The translations under genes were made by a program, and so were the position numbers. Positions 1 through 33,921 of a DNA stretch of 64,000 nt are shown piece after piece (the first letter of the stretch is position 1; every line of letters starts with the position of its first letter). Location of the stretch: positions 310,001 through 374,000 of the forward strand of contig JAQGDQ010000019.1 of assembly GCA_030141605.1 (NCBI GenBank), written 5' to 3'. The notes below the pieces were generated by a model. The model did no database searches. It was not told where the DNA came from and saw nothing but the letters and a program-made list of their open reading frames with translations. This stretch comes from Tubiluchus corallicola. Its lineage: Eukaryota > Animalia > Priapulida.

Positions 1-174
1 GAAGTTCCTTGTAGTGTCCTCTTCTACATATATTCCTTTTACCCCCAAACAATCAGGATATGGAACAGGCTTCCAGCCATGGCAATAAATGCTAGCTCCA
101 TCAAGACATTCCGACACGTGACTCTTGATGCCATTAGAGGCATGGAGCCGCCCGTTCATATGGAAAGATTGTAA
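1..174 (+). mobile_element. 3' end of a non-LTR retrotransposon ORF2 (CR1/L2-like), cut by the window edge
   Basis: Frame 1 reads ...YSFYPQTIRIWNRLPAMAINASSIKTFR...*, matching the SFFPRTIxxWNxLP C-terminal signature of LINE ORF2. Confidence 0.75.
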
Positions 175-359
175 AAGAATTACATGTTTTTAATGCAGAC
201 TAATAAACCACTCCTAACGCCTTGTACCATTAAGCTATCGAGTGGACATTTTTGGTTGACGCATGGGACACGTTGACATCACTCGATCACCATTCCAGTT
301 CAGCCATTTTGAGCTTTTACAATTATCGATTGAACATTGAAGATGAAATAAAAAAACTC

Positions 360-397
360 GTTCGAATCGAATTCGGACGTTCAATGTTCACCCCTAA
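360..397. repeat. Terminal fragment of a dispersed MITE-like repeat, second copy at about 43623-43660
   Basis: gttcgaatcgaattcggacgttcaatgttcacccctaa is nearly identical to gttcgaatcgaattcgaacgttcaatgctcacccctaa. Confidence 0.7.
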
Positions 398-1169
398 CAA
401 TAGGTGGCGATGATGTACATACTTTATACCCTCTAGGTACACTGTATAGGAAATGATCATATCCCCAATTGTCTTCTTCTTCTTCTTCTGTTGCTCTAAA
501 TACCTGCTGCAGACATTGAGCACCTATCCTTTATTAGAACACCTATTGTTTCCCGTTTGAAGCTACAACTGCTGTAAATATTTATTAATTCTTGATGTCC
601 AAGCTGTTTTTTGTTTGCCTGGGGGCCTTTTAGCAGGTTTCAACACTTGTTTAATGTTAACCTTACTGATGTTGTTTCATTAAACTCATTAAATGTCCTA
701 CTTACCTCAGCATTCTGATTCTAGCTTTAGTGTTCCATTGTTCTTCTTTAATTCTGTTGTGCTGCTGCTCATTTGAAAAGATATAATGAGCAATGTATTT
801 CTAAGAATTTTTCTGATTAAACACCTCTCTGGAACACATCTATTTCTGTTTTCTGCATGAGTTGCAGCCAAACTCCACATTTCACTATTACATGAAGATA
901 CTAATACATATGCATTAATTTGAAGAGTCACAGTCTTGTTTCGAGGGGTAGTTTCTTGTTACATATATTCAGAATTGATGTATTTTGAATAAACCGCACA
1001 TGCCCAATAGTGGGCTTAGTGATAGTCAAATGTGTCACAGTACGGTGCGCCACGTACATTTGCTTTAAAATATGGTTGCGCCCGTAAAAGTTAAGGCGCT
1101 TCTTTGTTGTGTTTTAAATTAATTTAACATTAATGATGTAATAATTTTTATTCAGTTCAAAACGAAATA

Positions 1170-21889
<20,720 letters not shown>

Positions 21890-24091
21890 CCACCAAGTAT
21901 TGCTGCTATGATGTAAATAAATATAAATTGTGGGTTGTAGCAACATATGAATTATGCTTGCTTGTAGTGTTAGTTACCCATTGCTTTTATGGTTATCATG
22001 GTAAGAGATGGCACAGCTGTCATTAAATATTGGACAGTAGAATTATTTTGTCCAGAAATGTAAACGTGTTTGTTAGATGGCCCCTTGAAATTAGTCTAGC
22101 ATTATTGACATCATGTCATGAACTTATGATGCCCAATATTTATTCAGTTTTTGTAAAATTTTATGAAATTATGAAGAGTCGACGAGAAACAAATTTATTT
22201 ATCCATGTTAATTTTGATATCGAAATGTTCATTTATGGGTAGCCGCGAAACAATGAAAGGTGATTATCTTTGTTCCTATAGGTCACTTTAATGGCAATAA
22301 ACATTAGCCCTCATGGTATAAACGTTTAAATATTCCCGTGCATTTTCAGATCACAAATATCTTATGGGCATTCCTACCCATGGGAATAATGAGGATTAAG
22401 GTAATTAATATAAACTATGTTTGGTGATCTGTTCATTCTCAAGTACTGTAACTGGATACTGTGCAGAAGCTTGTTGTAGAACTATAATTACATGTATGAT
22501 AATGGCTGTAAATATGGCATTTCTTGTATGCTTTTATTATTTAAATGAGAAAATGACAACTATTAATGCAAGTATTAATTATCAATAATCACGATACTGA
22601 TTTTTCCAATTCAGACAATCGGGTATTAAATTCACTGCCATGAATTTGTAGTTATAACCCTGTCTGTAATAAACAAATAAACTTTTGTCTACAAAATCAT
22701 GAGGCATGTGTTACTGTCAATTGTGTCATAGTATGTTAAAGGTCAAAAGCCTTAATATGCTGTCTAATAACGAGTGGCAGTGTTCTCTGGACTAATCATC
22801 GTGTGACTAATATTTATCCAGTGACGTTTTCTTACGGTCTAATTTTTACATTTTGGCTGTATCTCAGCTGCTTAAATAATCCCAGCACTTTGACACCACT
22901 TCTATCTGAGCCCCTAGAAAAGGCTCTCGTCTTCTGTAATACATTGAGACAAATGGAGACATCTGTCAATGCAAGCAATGAAATGTATCTCGGGAGTTGA
23001 GAATCAGATGACAGATAGGAATGCAGAAGGCAAAAGTGGAGCTACATGCAAGCTTATGTATGGACTGATGTGATTTTTAACCTTTGATGAAGCAATGTAA
23101 GATATGTAGTACTATGGCTTTTAGTATAAATCACTGTTGCACTGCCAAAAATGTGATGTGTATTGGCCAATAAAAATGTTCGCATTGCACAATGAAATAA
23201 GATTGGAAAGCCACTCGAACATATGTATGAAGCCATTGAAAAATTCAGGCTGAACGCATGCAATTAAACCTGGCTACATAATAATTTGGAATAATCCTGA
23301 ATTTAGTAATATTATAATTTATTATAACCATAATGATAAAGAACACACACCTAAAGTTTCCATGTCTGCTCTCAATATTATCAAAACATCTAGACATCAC
23401 TAGCAGAAATATTAGTTTAGCAGTAAAGTGAAACAATATATAGTTAAACCAGAAGATTAGTTACATTCAACTGCACTGATGTAATCTTAAAAGCTACACA
23501 TACTTATTATTAACAATGTCGAGGTGTGCTTTAACATTTTTGGTTTCAAAAGTGAGTTTATGTGCCATCGTTTACAAATGTTGGATAATGGGTACTGTTA
23601 TCATTACAAATTAAGAGTTACTGAAACAATAAGATTTATACAAATACACTGAAAAGGTTATAGCATATAGAAACAGCAAAACAATATAATAAACAAAATG
23701 TTGTGATGTATTTAACAGTTTGTATAATACTCAATAATATACGTAAAAGTACATGCATGCATCACTTTGTTTTCTTACAGGCGAAATGTGGTGCAAAACT
23801 TGATTTTCAAATTAGAACAAAGTATAATTGAAATTAATGCTGTAGTTGTATTACGTTAACAACACAGAAATGACAAGCCAAGCTCCTAAAAAAATTTCCT
23901 TTTTTGTTTTAAACGAGTCCAAATTTGTAGCACGATTTAAAAAATTGAATAAAATATAGTTCTTGAATTTTTAGTTGATATAATTTGACCCGAAGGAAAC
24001 AGTGATTTTTTCAACTTGACAACTTGCTTATGAAAAGTAAACAACTTAACTGCCTATAATGTTTCCCTTTTCACCCAACCATTTTTTGTCA

Positions 24092-27000
24092 TCAACACAA
24101 TGATCCTTTTGGCTCCTCAAATGAACTATCACTTGACAGGAAGAAAGAGTTAATTTTCTTCTGCTTCCATTTCACCTGGTCGGTAACAGTTCTCCGCCTG
24201 TGACGCCGTTGTAAGCTGAGACGTTTCTTTACAATTGGCATTTTATGTACAGGTAACTTTGTTGCTAACTCATTCTGGGCCTGACAATTATCAGACAGCT
24301 TAGCAAGCTCTGTTTGAGATTCGTTAAATGCAAAGTTTTCCTTAGCAGCAGAAATGACGCTCTCTATAGTACCTCTGACAGGTGTCCAGTTTGTTCGTTC
24401 CTCTTTTTTTAAGGTTCTATTATTAGACACTACATTTGTCACATTCTTAAACACCTCGTTAACTGACTCAGCGTTATCTATTTCCAAAGGTGACGCATTA
24501 CTAACCTTATCCAGATTATGATGTGCCCTGCGCAACATGGATGCGATTTTTCGTGAGCTGTAATATTTGCGCTTACTAGCGATTTTTACAATACCAGTAC
24601 CACCAATTGTGCCTGACTTCTTGCTGATACCATCCTGTAAAATACAGGTCTTATTACACATCTCATAACTAGCTTCTTTCAAAAAAGAGTTAGTGCCTGA
24701 ACACCAGCCACCAGAAGAATTAGATATATGCATACCAAAAACGGGAGGATAGCAATCTTCAGCACCAGGTATTTGGCTGTATGTTTCTGCATTCCCAAGA
24801 GATAGTGGATGGTTACTTTCTTCTAAATCAGCCTTAACACTGACTTGTCGTTTCATTTTATGTTTTGGTTGGGTTTCCTCTTCCTCGTCATCAGTTGGTA
24901 AATAGCGGCTTGGTCTGTTTCTCTTTCGCTTTGGCACTGCAAGTGCATTTTTACAAATATTAACTGCAGCTGCATCATAAGATAAACTGGTTTTTCTCTT
25001 CTCATCTTGTTGAGTAAGACTGTCAATACCAGGATGAGGAGCGTCAAATAACTTTATAGTTTCACAAACTGAATGCATATTCATTGGCCAAACACCATTA
25101 TGTTTAACAGGCAAAGTATTGCTCAAGTGGTTTACAAAATCTTTACATGCATTAAAGCTATTATTAGCAGAACTCTCAGGCAAAATTTCATCACCATTCA
25201 ATGTTAAAGACAGGTTCCCACTATCATCACTTTCATATAACTGTAGTACGAGTTTTGGTGAATTGGAACTCGTATTGTATTCTCCGTTGCTACCACTAAC
25301 TTTCAATAAATTCGTAACGAATTGATCTGTTCTGAACAAACTCGTATTAGAATCATCATACAGAATTTCTGCTTTTGCCAGATCGTTGTTACAAAACAAT
25401 TTCTCTTCGTCCTTGCTAGGCATATTACTGGAGTCATCTGGCAGTCTGCTATCATTTAAGAGATTAGCGTGTACAATGCCAGTTGCTAAAGACAGCCTGC
25501 CAGCATTATCATCCTCGTGTTTTATTGACTTCCCGTTTTCTTGCAGTAGAGATTCGCCTCTCTTAGTAAGACTTTTTCGCCATGAATAATGCCATTTCTT
25601 TTTAGATTTATCACTTGGAGCTTTATTTGTTTGAGTTTGATTATATTCGTTATTTCTTTTGCTAGGATTTGTTTGTTTCTGAGCATTTGGTGAGTTAATA
25701 TGACTACTGCTAGGTATCTCATATAATGCTTTACTGATTTCTAAGTAAAAATCGTGGTCATCTCCCAGACTCTTTTTAGCAAGATTTTTTATTTTACTAC
25801 GAAGCTTATTTAGTGGTTTGTTCATATGCATAGATGGGAAACCAATACTCTCCTGTACATGTTTCTGCATTAAGTTATTCCCTGCAGAGCAACTTATTTT
25901 TTCTGAAGAAATAAACAATTGTCGACTCAGACTGCTGGGCGGTTGTGACACTGCTACATGAGTAAAACTGGAAGGTGAACTCTTGTAAGCCTTGCTCTGA
26001 TTGGGCGACTGAGGTGAATGATGACAGGTTTCAGTTGATGGCTTTCTCAGTGGAGTAGCTACAAGATTGACATTTCTCGAACCATTACCACACAATTCGT
26101 TGATTATCAAATCTTCGTACGTTTGAATTTGATTAGTAGAAGAAACACTGCTACGCAAATCTGCATCAAATTTTGACGAAAGACCCTGAACTGAAGGGTC
26201 AGTTTTCTTGTTTAGGGACGTAGCCGATTTTTGTGGAGTGTACAGTAAAGACTCCATTTTAATCGATTTGTTATCACATGACAACAAATCTTTATCGACT
26301 TGAGTACGACTGTGCAATGATTCACTAAGATCTGACATTGTTATCTCTTTTACTGAAAACGAACTTTCATTTTTTTTCTGAAGTAAACTGTTGTCAGTAG
26401 TACACTGTTCAACAGAAAGTCCATTTGGAGGTAACAGGACATCTGCCACAACAGCTGTTACATCATCACCTGACTTCTTACTATCAGAAAGTGCAGTACA
26501 TTTAATCGGTGAAGATGTATTTTGTTCTTGTCTAGACATATGAATTGAGAGCCCAGCACAAGACCTAGTTCCCAAAGAGCGGGGTGACCCAACTTGTGTC
26601 AAAGCTGAAACAAAACAAAAAAAGATTTACAAATTAGATTTATTTGTATCTTTTACCAGTAATGTAAACTGTGCTACAATTCATACCAAATTATATTGTT
26701 TGTAAAATTCAAATGGTTATTATCACTAAAATATATTATAATCTATTTTCATAGATACTAAGTTGATACTAAATATTCGCTGAAACAAATACAATCTAGG
26801 TGACCAAACTGCTTCAAAATAAAACAAGTCTTACAAACTTCATTATTTCAATCTGCAGCCTATATAAAATCAGACAGGTGACACATAAAATCATGGATAG
26901 AACCGCTTACCATTCAAGGCTGAAATAACTTGCTTATGATGTCTTGAAGAAGGTGATGAAGCATCTTCAAGCCTCACGCGGCATGAAATCGACAACGCTT

Positions 27001-30000
27001 TTTTTGTGCCTTCTTTATTCCGCTTAGTATCAACTGCAATTAAGTAGAATGGCTATTTTCAACTCTGAATACATAACAACTGCCGCATTATTACATAGTT
27101 ACAGTAATCAATTTAGAACAATCAACATACCCATTGTCCAAGAGCCATATGATAATAGAATGAGCCAACAACTGTTGAATTTTTGAAACCAAATTCAACT
27201 GAAAAGATGGAAATATGAAGGCGTTGAGATTCAGACTCTTTCATATTTCCATCTTTCTGTCAAGTTTGGTTTCAAAAGTTCAATAACTGTGCTTTTATTC
27301 CATTATTAACCAGTGATTACAAGCAATTAAGTGCCATAAATACATGTAACACAAATATTTAAAAAAGGCTTTTTAAGCAATATACTTGCAATACCGCAGT
27401 TTTAAAAGTATAAATTTGGAAAACTTTATTTAGGTCAAACACTGGCATAAGGTCACATTCTCCTATACGTTCCACTATTACAACTGAACTACAGAAAATT
27501 TACAACAAAAGGCCAAAAAATGAAGCAGACAGCAATTATCAAGTATAAATAGAAGCGACCATAGATCAAAACATTCTGTGCAGACTGCAGTGCTTGCGAA
27601 AAAACAGCAAATCACAATTTATAAATAATTTAACTATTGCAAACGAAGCTTTTAGTAGTTTACAGGACAAAGTAGATGTACTAGATTTATATATTTTTTT
27701 CCAGAAAATCTATACTAATTTAAATGAACAGTGATAACGCTCCTTTGATCAAAACAGTAGTTTCGCTGAGCATGTACATGCATTTATTGTTTACTTATAC
27801 AATGTGTAATTAATTGTGATCCACAGCATCATATTTCATTTCTACCTGTAGCTTATATTTGCTACAAGTGCATAAATTAGGGCAAACTGCCCTCATACAT
27901 ATAAAAAGAAATGTGAAACAATTATCCTGTGGAAAAAATTACCCAATGCACAAAGTGCAGACATACTCCTGAATACATTTATGTATAATAAAGTTTTCCT
28001 TTTAACTTAACATGCCAATGTGTGCAAGTTAAAAGATAAAGTTATTTTATTTACTTTTTTTATTGATTGGAGCACACTGTAGACAAAGCCAGTTATCATT
28101 CAGTGATTTGAGATCCGAGCACGCGAGGTGAGTTCCCTGAGCTCCACAAGTACCACACAGCCGCACTTCCCACTTCCTAGGGAAAGAAGTAACAAAAAAG
28201 ATCTTAATGTCTACAAATCTGTTTAGTGGCATCTCCATTTTTCAATTGGTGCTAAAATCATTTGTGCAGCAATTAAGGTCTCAGGTGAATTAACTAATAA
28301 ACTATGATTACTATTTAACGGACATACCGTGCTCCCGCCTTGTTAAAGTGGCGACCTTTGGGACACAAGCAATTTTTTGCGTCACAGTGGCTATGTCTCT
28401 CCAGTAATTCACTAAAGGCATTCTCTTCTAGTTCCCATAGTGCATCCCTAAATTAAATGTAAAATGTGACACAAGAAACACAACTGATAAAGTACAGAAA
28501 TACAAAAGTGAAGAGATAAATATAATTTAATTATTGAGTAATTTGAAATTTGCATTCCAACCTTAAATTGGAATGTGAAGTTATTTCAAATAGGTTTAGA
28601 TCAGTTTAGAATACGAAGTAGTTTTCCAGTTATCATATGTTACATGTATTATGAATATAGAGTCGTGAACTCCGAAACATCAATAAAAATGCATCTTGTA
28701 ATTGTATATTATGCTTTGTGTTATCCACGTTTTTATTAAAGAATTGTTGCTACATTCTAAAATTTTAGCAAACTAGTTATAAATAGACATAATTGCTGCA
28801 AAAACATGCTGCTATTAAAGATTTGTAATTTTACTTTAACATTTACTTATATTCGTAACACTTACGTTATTATGTAACACTTAGCAGCCAAAAAGAATGA
28901 AAAAATGTTTAGTTACATGACCTCAAAAGGTACTTGTTCAAAGAATGCTAGTACAAAACAATTTTTTACTATGTTCGCACATTATCTGTTTATACTAAAA
29001 CAAGTCAGACTCTTTGCTTTACAAGCGAATGACATGTAATAATTACATGTAGTACCTTTCGGGTATATAAATTCCATACTTCTGCATCTCTTTTTGGAAA
29101 TCATCTTTACTGTTACACAAAGGACACTTGAAAAAGAAAAGTCCAGCACTTAAAGCTTGTTTCTGCAAAACAAAAAGCACATACTTTAAGAAATAAGTCA
29201 TGCATGTGAATTTTGCACAGTTCAATAGGGGTCACAAAGAAGTTGTTATCCCTATTATTGTACAAACTTCATGAATTCGATCCACTACTTACTATCCTGT
29301 GATTACATTTTACAGAGTCCTGATTTAATTCAGCACTACTTTCAATTTAATTCAGGTCTTCACAATCACATCTTTTCAACATGATATGTCAAAATACAGA
29401 ATGCTACTAATTAGTTTAAAAAAAACTGTCAAATCTCAGGTTAAGAGGATATCGCCTGATCAGAACTTTTTGGTTGCCATTTTAGGTTACTCAGCATTAG
29501 TTGAACCATCTGGTCAATGTGGTCATGTACTGGTGAAAGGTAACCCAGCGACGTGCTAGTCACATGTTGTTTTTGGGTGCCGAGACAGTGAAAACAAATG
29601 CTGAAACCATCTACTGTCTGACTCAATGCCTGGGGTCATTCTTCTTCTTCTTTCTACCTTTGTGCATGCCATTTGGCATTTTGCTTGTACAAATATATAT
29701 AACTATTCCATTGTGTTTATCACTAGCAATTTTAGAAGATATAACACACAAAGACATAATTTAATATAACTAACAATCAGCACCATAGTTTAATAAGCTA
29801 ATGCACCTGCAAGCAATCTTTATGGAGAGGGCTATTACGACAACAGGTAGTCCTCAATAGCTGGAAATCTTTATCTATATCGACAGAAGAAAGACAGATA
29901 AAGCAAGTAGCATCATAATGTGATGGAGATGCCAAATTCTCAATAGATGGTAGTGCTTGCCTAGGACGGTGGTCTAAGCAGTAAGAACTGAAAAGTAAAC

Positions 30001-32129
30001 AAAAGGGTCAATTTTTAATGACGCAGTGTTTTCAATACATCTAAATGACCATGTTTACCTTGCACCAGTAGTTTCAAAATTAAAAACCAAGTCCGTTTTT
30101 TCTCAAAATTAGCCAACTGCAATGTAGTTCGAATAATTTACTTAAGATTGAAAAATGGCTATTTTTCGAGTGAATGAAAAAATAGGCTACCGTAGTTCCG
30201 AAAATTGAGGTTAGCTAACTTTTCTTCTGAAAAATACAGATTTTTATATATTCGAATGTATTTTTACCAAAACTCATCAAAGTACTGGTTGAGTGCACCA
30301 TTTCTGACACCACAAGGAAGATGAAACATAATTCTACATTTCTTCACGACACAGCCGATTGAAGCACCAGTCTTCTTGCAGTATGCACATCTCTGTAACA
30401 AAAACATGTTATATTGTACAAAACATTGTGTAATCAGACGCTTAGAACGCAAATCCAAAATTATACGTAATAATGTATAATTGTGACCTTGCTAATGTGC
30501 AAGGCCGATCATTTCCGACATTTGATTGGAAAAACTATGAACATAATTATGAACTTAACTCAGTTATTTCAAAAGAGATTGGTCACTCTTTTATTAAAAA
30601 TGGCCAATGTACATTGTGCTTGTACTTTGAATTAAGTCAATTAGCATAAACACTGATGGTATATGCTATAGAGAGAAGATAAGATTTTTTTGTTTCTATT
30701 ATGAATATTAAGTATATAAATAGAACAGTGAAACATAATGCTACATAATAGAACTTTCTTGGAAAAGTTTTTTGGCATATTTTTTAACATTTCTTACATT
30801 TTAACTTTTCAAAGCTAAATTGAAACATAGAACTAGTTTTTAAATTAATTTTCAACTGTAGGTGCTTACTAGTCTTCTAACCCTTGCTAGCTCTTTCAAA
30901 ATGTCTTTCTTCAAAAATCCACAAAATTCTAGCTCTTCGTCGTCGGATGATTGGCTAAGTCCGCTAGCGAACATCTGAAAAAATGTAATTTCTAATAAAT
31001 GCATGTAGTCGCATTCAGACTGTAGCAGGTTAGGAAGCACCTTGGTCACTCCAATACAATGTCAGAAGAGAATTTCGTCAACTTTAAATATTTTTATGTT
31101 TTACGGGATTTACGTTGGCATTTTATACTACTAGCTTATTAGCGGAATTCAATGATTAACGACTTCCTCTGGGTAAATAGTAATGAGAATGGCTACAATA
31201 ACTTAGGTGCATCAGTATAAATTATTAAATACAGCTAACCTTCACAGGCGTAGTGTCCCTGGCCAAGTTTTGTAGAAACACAAAGAGTACGTTTTAAAAT
31301 TCGAAGATTTCACAAGGCTTTATGATTTCTTATGATTTATGATTTCTTAAAAATTAATTCTGGCAAAATTAATATTAAATTATCTGCTAAATGAAGAAAC
31401 CAAATCGGATGTTTAGTTTTTTTACAATACATTATGATGTGCTTAGTAATATTTTGCTAGGTTGTTTTTCCAAATTTAAAATTTCATTTAAATACCAATA
31501 TCTTTGTTTTATAACACAGAATAGACTCTTACTAGTCTTGTAAAAATGCGAAACAACTATATGAGGAAGCAAACTGTCAAAGATGCGTGAAAATGTACTT
31601 GATTGGATTTTAGAGCGAGGAAAGCCAATCCGTACCTACACTTTTTTATTTACTGCAGCAATAATGGCCTCACTCCACAATTTATAACATTCTGCATTTG
31701 AAATCTTCAATTACTATCATTTTTTAAAAACAAACTGAAAATTCAGTTGTACTATACCAAGCAGAAATAATGCACTGTCAGATCATCTCTTGTCATCAGT
31801 GTACCATATAAGACCTCATCATCACCTTTTGTGGAACAAAGTGCACAGTAACCTATAAATATACATTCATACTGAAAGAAATGAAATCTCTTGCTAAGTA
31901 CTTGAAGTTTAGCCACTAAGACTACAGACAAATCAGTGACATTGTCATCATGGCAAATTTTAGATAAAATTGAATATAACACACCAGAAAGCAGCTGGAT
32001 GCATTGCAAATAAAACAAAAGGTAATTTTTTAATTTGATAATAATTAAATTCTGTTGATGCTTGCAGCAAGAAAGCAAACCTTTGCGGTATTCTAAGCGT
32101 GGCTGTCGTTGAATCGTCTGTCTTGGCAT
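24092..32129 (-). CDS. G2E3/PHF7/pineapple-eye-like PHD/RING finger protein (putative E3 ligase), about 1179 aa, 10 coding exons
   Basis: Exons (minus strand) 32129-32081, 31852-31758, 30974-30870, 30392-30268, 29987-29807, 29162-29056, 28447-28328, 28176-28055, 27033-26911, 26604-24092; total 3540 nt, in frame. Motifs [35 protein letters not shown]...[41 protein letters not shown] and [13 protein letters not shown] match the G2E3/PHF7 family. The start codon is inferred from phase and an upstream in-frame stop. Confidence 0.9.
27152..27306. repeat. Long imperfect palindrome (hairpin or MITE) in an intron of the G2E3-like gene
   Basis: ttgaatttttgaaaccaaattcaactgaaaagatggaaatatgaa pairs with ttcatatttccatctttctgtcaagtttggtttcaaaagttcaa; weaker pairing extends to both ends. 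Confidence 0.8.
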
Positions 32130-33222
32130 TCTGGAATTCTACTTTTGGTTGGTCCTCATAAATCATTCCACAGTAAACTAGACCTTACCTTTGGAATACA
32201 ACCAAAAATTACAATACGATTCTAAGACGAGAAGCAATCAGTATGAATACAAAACGATTCTAAGATGAAAAGTAATCATCGTGAATATAAATCGTAATTT
32301 GACATCCTCACACAATATTAAATAATGAGCACATGAAAACAAAAATTGGTTGCCAGGTACCAAACCACACCACTGAAGGAAAACTGTATGAGATGTACAA
32401 GTGAGTGATTGTAACATCTTCAGCACTTTAATTACAATATCAATTGGCTGTCATCCTGTTCTACTTATATTTTTTTATGTTGTTTCTTTGTGATCTTTGA
32501 CCACTACAAGAGCAGTTCGGCTGCCCGTACTGTTTTTCTCATCAGCCTGGGTATCCTGGCTTGTGGATTTTTAAACTACTAGATCCTAAATGCTAAAAAT
32601 ATACCAATTACCAATGACCTGATTTTTTAACCTGACCTACCCCCCACCCGCGTTTCACCTGGGCTTCTCAGACAATATATTTATTCTAAAAATCGCAGTC
32701 TTTCTAAATAAACTTTCATCACATATTAGTGCAAGCTTAAACTCGCTGGTACGTACAAAAATGTAACTATAGCATAAGTTAGTTCTTTAAATTGCTTACA
32801 AGTATTTCTACTGCAAAGGCACTCAACGTTTTATAACTGTTTGACATGGAGCTTTCAATTAATTAGATAAATGCAATTTGTAAATGAGCACACGGGGCAT
32901 TCCGTTTTTAGACATGACTCAGGCAGAGATTTTCAGGGAAGCATAGTTAAATATACAGTGAGGTCACACTAAACATGGGTTTGACTAGCATTATTTATAA
33001 ACAAATTGTCTTCTGTTGTCCGAATGCTGAGCCATATCACACATATGCGACAGTAAGGCCTGCGCCTGATTACAAGTCATTACAATTTTGGCATCAATGT
33101 AATCGCAAGTGTAATCACTTTTGTAAAAGACGAAAAAAATCGTAATTGTAATCATAATCTAGTCTAGCTAGTGTAATCATTTTCTGTAATCGATTTATAA
33201 AGAATAACACCATATTTTATTA

Positions 33223-33734
33223 AATTTATACTAATGCTTATGCCAATTTATGTCACAGATACTCATAGGTATCGTTGTGCAATCATTAGCAAAACTAGTA
33301 TATGACACATTCCATTTGCTTAGCATGTAAAGTTAGAAACTGGTAGGCAAACTAGAATTATATGCAGTCACACACACGATTACCTGGTTGACACCAAGTC
33401 AACTTCAACATAAGTAATCATGGTTTTACTCATACAGTTAACCATTGTGTTAACCAAAAAGTGGGCCCGAGCTACGAATTTATACTAATGCTTATGCCAA
33501 TTTATGTCACAGATACTCATAGGTATCGTTGTGCAATCATTAGCAAAACTAGTATATGACACATTCCATTTGCTTAGCATGTAAAGTTAGAAACTGGTAG
33601 GCAAACTAGAATTATATGCAGTCACACACACGATTACCTGGTTGACACCAAGTCAACTTCAACATAAGTAATCATGGTTTTACTCATACAGTTAACCATT
33701 GTGTTAACCAAAAAGTGGGCCCGAGCTACGAATT
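33223..33734. repeat. Perfect 254-bp tandem duplication (2 copies)
   Basis: The unit aatttatactaatgcttatg...gggcccgagctacg starts at 33223 and again at 33477; I saw no differences between copies. Confidence 0.95.
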
Positions 33735-33833
33735 ATATAACATAAGCCTACTAAGTTTGATTGCCCAAATGGCAAAATGCCCGGCTTTGCCATATTTCAA
33801 AACTGAGCTCTACAGCATTTATTTTCTACCTAC

Positions 33834-33921
33834 CTCACAGTTGCACATGCTGATATTTTCATCTGTCGAGCAGCTGCTACTTGATTAGTCCATCACAATC
33901 CATCATTCAAGTAAAAACATC
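33834..33921 (-). other. Candidate 5' UTR exon of the G2E3-like gene
   Basis: On the minus strand it is bounded by ctacag| and |gtaggt and contains several ATGs opening short frames. No transcript evidence. Confidence 0.4.

Noticed and set aside
1040-1169. Acceptor-like ttttattcag before the HIRA ATG as a trans-splice site
   Set aside because: A short ordinary 5' UTR intron explains it equally well; cannot be resolved without transcripts.
24092-26602. 836-aa ORF as a standalone gene
   Set aside because: It starts at a TTG right after a tttcag acceptor, in phase with the upstream exon, so it is the last exon of the G2E3-like gene.
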